Assembly: GCA_034660135.1 (NCBI GenBank)
Contig: JAYEIR010000165.1
Location: 16,291-40,290 of the forward strand
Origin: Thermodesulfobacteriota bacterium
GTDB taxonomy: Bacteria > Desulfobacterota > DSM-4660 > Desulfatiglandales > Desulfatiglandaceae
Reading direction: 5' to 3'
DNA: 24,000 nt
Shown: positions 18,066-24,000 of the stretch, piece by piece
Layout: every line of letters begins with the position of its first letter
How positions within the stretch are numbered: the stretch's first letter is position 1
Notes under the pieces: generated by a model
The model's database searches: none
Told to the model about the DNA's origin: nothing
What the model saw: the letters and a program-made list of their open reading frames with translations, nothing else
Translations under genes and position numbers: made by a program

Positions 18066-19292
18066 ATGTCCTTGCTTATAGATAATTGCCGCCCAACGAC
18101 TCGACTACTAAAACTGATATCAGGCCTCACCCTGATACTGTTCACCCTGCTTGCTGTCCCTTCCAATGCCGCTTCTGATGATGGATTAGAAACAAAGAAA
18201 GATCAGATAACCACAATCGAATTAAATCTCTCGACAGAAAAAGAAAAGCTTGACTCATTTGACTGTCAGGAAAAGGGGCTGATTTCCAGGTTGGCTGATT
18301 TTGAACAGGATGTAGCTGACACAAGACGCACTGTGCAGGAAATAGAGAGAAAGATCAGTCTTGCGAAGATTGCAATCAAGAATTCAAAGGCAAGGCTGGC
18401 AGATCTCAAGAAATCAAAAAAAGAAGCAGAGGCCCGGCTGGCGAGAAGGCTCGTTACATTATATAAATATGGCAGAAAGGGGCATATAAAGATCCTGCTT
18501 TATGCGGCAGACCTGGAAGAATTCTGGCACAGGATGAAATACCTCAAGGTCATTATGGCAGAAGATCAGGAAGAGCTATTCAGGCTGAGCAAAGAAGAAA
18601 GCCGGTACAGAGAGGAGATTTCGCGGGTCAAAGACCAGCTCTCTGAAGACGAGGCTATTAAGAACAAAGAAAATGTGCGACTGATATCTCTACGAAAAGA
18701 GCTTGAAAAAAAAGTCATTCGTCTCATGAAAATCCATAAAGAAAAGGAATTCTATGAGACATCAGTGAAAGAACTGGGGCTGGCAAGCCAAAACCTCAAG
18801 CAAGCCCTTGCAAAAATTGAAAAAAAGGACGATTATAGAGTTATACTTCCTTCTTGTTTTGCAGACTCCAAAGGCCGATTACCTTTTCCGGTCAAAGGGA
18901 GGGCAATTAGGCCTGATGAACTTTCTGCGTTTGCGAGGTTGGGTCTTCACAAAGGTATCTTTATTGATGGCACATCTGACGCCGGAGTAAAGGCCATTTT
19001 TCCGGGAAGAGTCGATTTCTCAGGACATCTCAAGGGCTATGGACAGATTATAATAATTAATCACGGTTCACGCTTTTTTACCATTTCAGCACTCCTCTCC
19101 GAAAGAAAGAAGAAAAAGGGAGATATGGTGAAAGCTGGAACAGTGATCGGATTGGCAGGTGGAAATAGACCTGCAAAAAGACAAATGCTCTATTTTGAAA
19201 TCAGAAGAGGCGGGGAAAACCTGGATCCTTTAGCGTGGATAGAGGTACATAGTCCACAGGGTAAGTGCTCCCTCCCGACAACCAAGAACTAA
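18066..19292 (+). CDS. envC: EnvC-like murein hydrolase activator (coiled coil plus degenerate M23/LytM domain)
   Basis: It has a signal peptide and a long coiled-coil region. The C-terminal LytM-like domain (HKGIFIDGTSDAGVKAIFPGRV, GYGQIIIINHG, MLYFEIRRGGENLDPLAWI) resembles E. coli EnvC as I recall it (SLYFEIRRQGQAVNP). The catalytic HxH motif is replaced by LYF. It lies downstream of ftsEX. Confidence 0.78.
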   Translation: MSLLIDNCRPTTRLLKLISGLTLILFTLLAVPSNAASDDGLETKKDQITTIELNLSTEKEKLDSFDCQEKGLISRLADFEQDVADTRRTVQEIERKISLAKIAIKNSKARLADLKKSKKEAEARLARRLVTLYKYGRKGHIKILLYAADLEEFWHRMKYLKVIMAEDQEELFRLSKEESRYREEISRVKDQLSEDEAIKNKENVRLISLRKELEKKVIRLMKIHKEKEFYETSVKELGLASQNLKQALAKIEKKDDYRVILPSCFADSKGRLPFPVKGRAIRPDELSAFARLGLHKGIFIDGTSDAGVKAIFPGRVDFSGHLKGYGQIIIINHGSRFFTISALLSERKKKKGDMVKAGTVIGLAGGNRPAKRQMLYFEIRRGGENLDPLAWIEVHSPQGKCSLPTTKN

Positions 19293-19309
19293 TAACACAG
19301 GAATTCATA

Positions 19310-20470
19310 GTGAACAATGACAACATACATAATCTTGTATTGGGTGACAAGGAAATCACCCTCATAGGCACGGCTCATGTGTCTAAAGAAAGCGCCGATC
19401 TGGTGAACAAGGTTATCGGAGATGAAAAGCCGGACACAGTATGCATCGAACTCTGCCAGTCCAGATACCAGTCTATGACGCAACAAAACAAATGGCAGGA
19501 TACAGATCTAATTAAGGTCATTAAAGAAAAAAAATCGTTTTTGCTCCTCTCAAACCTTATGCTTGCATCTTTCCAGAATAGGATCGGTAGGAAACTGGGC
19601 ATCAAGCCCGGAGAGGAAATCAGGCAGGCCATACAGGCAGCCAAGTCAGTTGGTGCCGATATACACGTGTCGGACAGGGATATTCGTACCACCTTGTCAA
19701 GGACTTGGAGGCTGATGGGCCTTTGGACAAAGATCAAATTAATAGCCCAGTTAGTTGTTTCCATGGGACAAGTTGACACCATTGAGGAAGAGGATATCGA
19801 GAAAATGAAACAAAGCGATATCCTTGACACCCTGCTCGCAGAAATCGGGGAAAAGCTCCCCGAACTCCGGCGCATCCTGATCGACGAAAGAGATCAGTAC
19901 CTTGCTTACAAAATCAGGACTGCCCCCGGGAAAAAGATAGTCGCAGTGGTAGGGGCCGGACATGTTCCCGGGATTGAGAAATACTGGAGAGAACCTGTGG
20001 ACCTGAACGCCCTGGAAGAAATCCCTCCAAAAAGCAGGTTTTCCGGTTTCTTTAAGTGGGGCATCCCAACTGTCGTCATAGGGTTGATTATCCTGGGTTT
20101 TTTTATGGCTGGTGCATCTGCCGGCACACATATGATCAAGTGGTGGGTACTCGCCAATGCGGTCTTCGCCGGGCTTGGTGCGGCAATTGCAATGGCCCAT
20201 CCCCTCACGGTCCTGTCTGCCGTGGTGGCATCACCCTTGACATCTCTCAATCCCATGATAGCGGCCGGCTGGGTCTCCGGACTGACAGAAACCCTTCTAA
20301 GAAAACCAAAAGTAAAGGATTTTGAGAATCTCCCCCAGGACATCTCAACTGTAAAAGGGTTTTGGAAAAATAAGATAACACGGATATTGCTCATTGTGGT
20401 ATTTACAAACATTGGCAGTTCCCTTGGAGCTTTTGTGGCCATACCCCTGATGGCCAGGGTATTTACATAA
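19310..20470 (+). CDS. TraB/PrgY-family protein with a C-terminal membrane domain
   Basis: It contains ITLIGTAHVSKES, IDERDQYLAYKI and AVVGAGHVPGIEKY, followed by ~4 hydrophobic segments. The start is uncertain. I chose the in-frame GTG at 19310, just after the envC stop, whereas the ORF-track start at 19265 is a GTG inside envC. Confidence 0.72.
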   Translation: MNNDNIHNLVLGDKEITLIGTAHVSKESADLVNKVIGDEKPDTVCIELCQSRYQSMTQQNKWQDTDLIKVIKEKKSFLLLSNLMLASFQNRIGRKLGIKPGEEIRQAIQAAKSVGADIHVSDRDIRTTLSRTWRLMGLWTKIKLIAQLVVSMGQVDTIEEEDIEKMKQSDILDTLLAEIGEKLPELRRILIDERDQYLAYKIRTAPGKKIVAVVGAGHVPGIEKYWREPVDLNALEEIPPKSRFSGFFKWGIPTVVIGLIILGFFMAGASAGTHMIKWWVLANAVFAGLGAAIAMAHPLTVLSAVVASPLTSLNPMIAAGWVSGLTETLLRKPKVKDFENLPQDISTVKGFWKNKITRILLIVVFTNIGSSLGAFVAIPLMARVFT

Positions 20471-20495
20471 TCATAAACAAAAAAGGAGGGCAGAC

Positions 20496-21146
20496 ATGGA
20501 AAAAGTCGAAGTCAAGTTCGGTGAGTGGATTGAAGCGGGATTTAACCTGTATAAAGACAACTTCGGGACCCTGGTCTTGGCCTCCCTTATTGCCTGGGTA
20601 CTCAGTGTCGCGACCTTTGGCATCCTTGCCGGCCCCATGTTTGCCGGTCTTCTGCTGATTACCCTGGCACTGTTCGACAAAAAGGAACCAAAGCCGGAGT
20701 TCAAAGAGGTCTTTGACGGCTTTAATTATTTTCTCAATTCTTTTCTCTTCATTATTGTATGGGGACTCGCGCTTCTCGTTGTATCGTTTCTTCTTGCCCT
20801 GGTGCCCTGTATCGGCCAAATCGCAGCGATCCTGCTGGTCTATGTGGCCCAGGCCTTTCTGATGTTCGGGCTATTTCTTATAGTGGATAGACAGATGGAG
20901 TTCTGGCCGGCCTCCATGGAGAGTTTTAATAAGGTCAAGACCAATTTATGGCCTTTCCTGGGGCTGTCTGTCATATCAAGTATTATCGGCTGGATCGGGT
21001 CAATCGCATGCGGAATTGGCGTGGTTGTCACCGGCCCCATATATGCGTGCATACTGACTGTGGCCTACCGTGAAGTATTCGGTCAGGTCGTGAGGCCACC
21101 CATAGATGTAACAACCAGCGCTGATAATAGTGCACAGACAAATTAA
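20496..21146 (+). CDS. Hypothetical polytopic membrane protein (216 aa)
   Basis: AAGGAGGG lies upstream of the ATG. The protein has 5-6 hydrophobic segments, and I recognise no family. Confidence 0.65.
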   Translation: MEKVEVKFGEWIEAGFNLYKDNFGTLVLASLIAWVLSVATFGILAGPMFAGLLLITLALFDKKEPKPEFKEVFDGFNYFLNSFLFIIVWGLALLVVSFLLALVPCIGQIAAILLVYVAQAFLMFGLFLIVDRQMEFWPASMESFNKVKTNLWPFLGLSVISSIIGWIGSIACGIGVVVTGPIYACILTVAYREVFGQVVRPPIDVTTSADNSAQTN

Positions 21147-21179
21147 GTAGTGTCCGTCCAGAAATGAGATAGTTTTCGC

Positions 21180-21275
21180 AAGGTCAAGGAAAATGAGGAT
21201 TTTAACCACAGGAATATATTGAATATTTCGAGGATTAAAATCCGAATCTAACACAGAGATTGCGGAAAATAGCCA
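21180..21275 (+). repeat. ~95-nt repeat element (family C), copy B
   Basis: It aligns with 2635-2730. It contains a perfect 9-bp inverted repeat, GGATTTTAA (21198-21206) and TTAAAATCC (21234-21242). Confidence 0.8.
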
Positions 21276-21285
21276 TTTATGGATG

Positions 21286-21443
21286 GGCACTAAGTAGTCT
21301 CTGAACGAAAACCTCGAAATGAAAACGAACACAACATCAATCATGAGGCTTTACTGAGTTGGGATTGATTCCATTAATCCAAAACCTAAAATCCAAAATC
21401 CAAAATCGTGCCTGAACAGGGTTTTCGTTCAGGCACTAAGTAG
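21286..21443. mobile_element. MITE-like unit: 132-nt core with 13-bp terminal inverted repeats flanked by 12-nt direct repeats
   Basis: The direct repeat GGCACTAAGTAG lies at 21286-21297 and 21432-21443. The inverted repeats are CTGAACGAAAACC (21301-21313) and GGTTTTCGTTCAG (21420-21432). No ORF is present. The right end also folds on itself as GTGCCTGAAC-AGGGTTTTC-GTTCAGGCAC (21408-21436). Confidence 0.5.
21381..21408 (+). repeat. Tandem heptamer AAAATCC-like x4 (AAAACCT, AAAATCC, AAAATCC, AAAATCG)
   Basis: This is a direct reading. The array lies inside the MITE-like unit, 45 nt upstream of the DUF2752 gene ATG. Confidence 0.9.
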
Positions 21444-21452
21444 CTTTCTGGA

Positions 21453-21929
21453 ATGGATGTCACCTTACTGAAGAAAACCTCATCCAGGCTGTCTAAGCAA
21501 TTCCTGTTATTATCCCGCCCACCGTCTTACTGGGATGTTGCAGGAGCACATCTGCCACTGGCCCTTGTGACGGGAATTGCGTTGTTTCTTGCTAACTGGG
21601 TCCCATGCGAGCTTTTGCCTTTAAGACACTGCACGTTTCTCCAGTTCACGGGTTATCCATGTCCATTTTGCGGCTTCACGCGCTCGTTCTGGGCAATAGC
21701 TGATGGGGACTGGGCCTTTGCAATGCAGAACTGTCCTCTGTCCTGTCTGATCTATATTGCAACTGTCCTCGTATTTGGCTGGAACACAACGGCCCTTCTT
21801 TTTAATGTCAGGATCAGGCGGGGCCCCTTACTGAGGCTAAGCAGGGTTCAGGCTCGTTTGGGTATCTATTTTGTTATTATGTTATTTGTCCTGAACTGGA
21901 TTTACAGGCTGAGTAACGGCCTCAAGTAG
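21453..21929 (+). CDS. DUF2752-family membrane protein
   Basis: It has a Cys-rich CTFLQFTGYPCPFCGFTRSFWA motif between TM segments, as in DUF2752 (from memory of the family signature). It has ~4 hydrophobic segments. Confidence 0.68.
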   Translation: MDVTLLKKTSSRLSKQFLLLSRPPSYWDVAGAHLPLALVTGIALFLANWVPCELLPLRHCTFLQFTGYPCPFCGFTRSFWAIADGDWAFAMQNCPLSCLIYIATVLVFGWNTTALLFNVRIRRGPLLRLSRVQARLGIYFVIMLFVLNWIYRLSNGLK

Positions 21930-21995
21930 TGACCGGGGCCTGTCTCGTATGCCGCGAATTATTGAGCTGTTACCTTTTTTCACAAAACTCAATTG

Positions 21996-23090
21996 TTAAC
22001 TGTCTGATCCGCCATTTGCCAGCATCATTCCAATAACAGCGCACTCCAGACCAAACGGCAGATAGCCCGCGTAACCTAAAATTGGCATCTCGAAGATCTT
22101 ATATCGTTCCACAAAAGGTATTGCATACCCCCATTTGGCTAAGCTGTAGTAATTCCACATCTCCCAGAAGAACCCACAAAACAGGGCAGCCAGGGCAGAT
22201 GAGACAGCCATGCGCCAGTCACCGTGAGTGATATCCTGAAGTACATGGTGCTCTCCCAGCAGGGTCTGGAGGGATACGATGATCAGGACAGGAGAAACCC
22301 AGACCAGCGGGAAAAGATAGTCCGGCCAGACACCTATGAACACTAAGCCGGCGCCGGATGCAACCAAAACAACCCATGCCAGGCCTGTAGGTCGAGGAAA
22401 TTCGATCGGGAAAAAGTTCCCGAATCCTTTTTCGAACCAGGAAAAACCGAGTATCAATTCGCGCATTCCCAGAACCGCGGGAAGGACTGTTGAATAGCAC
22501 AAGGTCGCATACCAGAAATATTCCGAGGGACTGAAAAGAACACCGGCATAGTACCAGTTCTGAACAAACCGGTTCAGGTATTCAAAAAACCACCAGAAAG
22601 CCGCACTTGCTGGAAAAAGCAAAAGGAAAATACCTGGTCGATCCACCATCATGCAGTGCCCGTCTCTTCGATAGACCAGGGCATTAATGAACAGAATCAA
22701 AGAGAACCAAAGAGGCGTAAATGTATGTGGCTGAAACCTCTCAAACCAGCTGAAACGTGTCCAGGCCAATATCCAGGCGAGAACTCCCATTGCAATTCCG
22801 ACCCATCCCCACCAGGGAAACCGAAAGCGACTCGAACGCCGCACCTTAAGCCGGCTGATAGAGCGTATTGCTTTTAAACTCAGGGGAAACGCTACAGCGA
22901 GGATGAAAATCCCACAACCTGCAAATGCAAGCCACGAGAAAGGGGCATGTTGCACATATCTCGTCTCAGGCGGGAACTCAAGGTACCTGCTCACCGGAAG
23001 GCCTTTCAGAAAGACTCCAGATAGAGGAAGCCCTATCAACATCCCTGTTAGAATACAAAATTTTAGAAAAAAGCTTTTCATATTGCTCAA
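21996..23090 (-). CDS. Hypothetical polytopic membrane protein (364 aa), aromatic/Trp-rich
   Basis: This is a long ORF with ~9-10 hydrophobic segments. It has recurrent W/F/Y motifs (FWWFFEYLNRFVQNWYY, FFWEMWNYYSLAKWGY, KIFEMPILGYAGYLPFG). I recognise no family. Confidence 0.7.
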   Translation of the reverse strand: MSNMKSFFLKFCILTGMLIGLPLSGVFLKGLPVSRYLEFPPETRYVQHAPFSWLAFAGCGIFILAVAFPLSLKAIRSISRLKVRRSSRFRFPWWGWVGIAMGVLAWILAWTRFSWFERFQPHTFTPLWFSLILFINALVYRRDGHCMMVDRPGIFLLLFPASAAFWWFFEYLNRFVQNWYYAGVLFSPSEYFWYATLCYSTVLPAVLGMRELILGFSWFEKGFGNFFPIEFPRPTGLAWVVLVASGAGLVFIGVWPDYLFPLVWVSPVLIIVSLQTLLGEHHVLQDITHGDWRMAVSSALAALFCGFFWEMWNYYSLAKWGYAIPFVERYKIFEMPILGYAGYLPFGLECAVIGMMLANGGSDS

Positions 23091-23136
23091 ATTTTCGATT
23101 CAAAGCAAACAGGAAAAAGAGACCCCTCTGTTACTG

Positions 23137-23286
23137 TTAGCACCTTATTTCCAAGTTTTCTGTCATGAAAAACAAGAAAATCTTTAACAGGTCGAGTAAT
23201 CGAGCAGTCGAGTGGCGAAGCTTGAAACTCGAAACTGGAGGTTTAAAGCCCAGAGTCCGATAACCAATAACTGATAACTGATAACC
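23137..23286 (+). repeat. ~150-nt intergenic repeat, copy B (partner 16077-16237), ending in TAACTGA x2 plus TAACC
   Basis: See copy A. TAACTGA lies at 23268 and 23275. The array is followed by the palindrome CCGTTAACGG at 23285-23294. Confidence 0.95.
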
Positions 23287-23346
23287 GTTAACGGCCTTCA
23301 GCGTATTTTAGCTTGTCTTAGGCACTACTCTGGGTTGCGTATGGCC

Positions 23347-23385
23347 CACCTTAGTAAGGGCTAAAGGTTAAAATTAGAATTGCTG
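23347..23385 (+). repeat. Dispersed intergenic element, copy 6 (CCACCTTAGTAAGGGCTAAAGGTTAAAATTAGAATTGCTG)
   Basis: It matches 8554-8590 and the minus-strand arm of 7471-7523. It lies 79 nt upstream of the orn start. Confidence 0.85.
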
Positions 23386-23463
23386 TGAAACCTGTATTTC
23401 ACTGGCAAATCAGTTTACCTTTATGCTATATTTAAAGTTTTCAATACATACAAGGAGAATATC

Positions 23464-24000
23464 GTGAAGAACCATTTGATCTGGATAGACTTGGAAATGA
23501 CCGGCCTTGATCCTGAAAAACACGTCATTCTTGAAATCGCCTCCATTGTGACCGATGACCGCCTTGATATTGTTGCTGAAGGGCCTGATATCGCCATCAC
23601 CTATCCTGAACATGTCTTTTCTGCAATGGAGGACTGGAGCGCTACGCATCATCAATCATCCGGTCTCCTGGATCGCTCAAGGGACTCATCCTATGACTGC
23701 TATAGTGCAGAGATGGAAACACTGAAGTTTTTGTCTGCATATTCCAAAAAGGGTCAATCCCCTCTTTGCGGTAATTCTATTTGCCAGGATCGGAGGTTCC
23801 TTATAAAGCATATGCCAAAGCTGGAAGGACTCTTGCATTACCGCAATATTGACGTAAGCTCCATAAAAGAGCTTGTAAAAAGATGGTACCCGGCCCTTCC
23901 CCGTTTCAAAAAACAGGAATCCCATCTCGCCATGAATGACATCAGGGAATCCATAATGGAGCTGAGATATTATCACAAAAAGGCATTTTTGATCAGTTAG
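23464..24000 (+). CDS. orn: Oligoribonuclease (DEDDh 3'-5' exoribonuclease)
   Basis: It contains LIWIDLEMTGLDP, PLCGNSICQDRRFL, HYRNIDVSSIKEL and SHLAMNDIRESIMELRYY. It uses a GTG start with AAGGAGAA upstream. The stop TAG occupies the last three bases of the window. Confidence 0.92.
   Translation: MKNHLIWIDLEMTGLDPEKHVILEIASIVTDDRLDIVAEGPDIAITYPEHVFSAMEDWSATHHQSSGLLDRSRDSSYDCYSAEMETLKFLSAYSKKGQSPLCGNSICQDRRFLIKHMPKLEGLLHYRNIDVSSIKELVKRWYPALPRFKKQESHLAMNDIRESIMELRYYHKKAFLIS

Noticed and set aside
17513-18166. 217-aa minus-strand ORF and 73-aa plus-strand ORF (17818-18039) in the ftsX-envC region
   Set aside because: The minus ORF overlaps the ftsX 3' end and the envC 5' end antisense. Both give Arg/Ser/Cys-rich translations without an SD. 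The spacer is better explained as non-coding repeat DNA.
16077-23286. Reading the two 160-nt direct repeats as the ends of a composite mobile element or genomic island
   Set aside because: The enclosed genes (ftsEX, envC, traB-family, membrane proteins) are core-type. There is no transposase or integrase, no tRNA target, and no evident compositional break. It is more likely that two members of a dispersed repeat family simply happen to flank this block.

Overview
This is a chromosomal, mainly housekeeping window. It begins inside an rRNA operon (3' ~720 nt of 23S, spacer, 5S, terminator). The genes that follow are pcm(-), groES-groEL, a UDP-glucuronate-4-epimerase-like SDR, asnS(-), a 2x[4Fe-4S] ferredoxin, a tetraheme cytochrome c3-type protein(-), a COG1900/DUF39 homocysteine-biosynthesis protein, a very acidic unknown protein, valS, nadC, a TolC-family protein, ftsE-ftsX, an EnvC-like degenerate M23 protein, a TraB-family protein, three uncharacterised membrane proteins (one DUF2752) and orn. 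The cytochrome c3, COG1900 protein and small ferredoxin suggest an anaerobic, probably sulfate-reducing Desulfobacterota-like organism, but that is inference only. I found no transposase, integrase, CRISPR array, toxin-antitoxin pair or recognisable defence genes, and no convincing novel protein-coding system. The unusual signal is non-coding, because almost every long intergenic gap carries members of repeat families. (1) A ~40-50 nt element with core AATTAGAATTGCTG occurs at six loci, including one complete palindromic copy. (2) Two ~150-160 nt near-identical direct repeats end in TAACTGA heptamer arrays. (3) Other 7-9 nt tandem arrays sit just upstream of start codons and in the 23S-5S spacer. 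(4) A ~95 nt element lies inside the unusually long groES-groEL spacer, with a second copy 18.5 kb away. (5) One MITE-like unit has inverted termini and flanking direct repeats. All calls come from reading the sequence and the ORF track by eye; no searches or folding programs were run.
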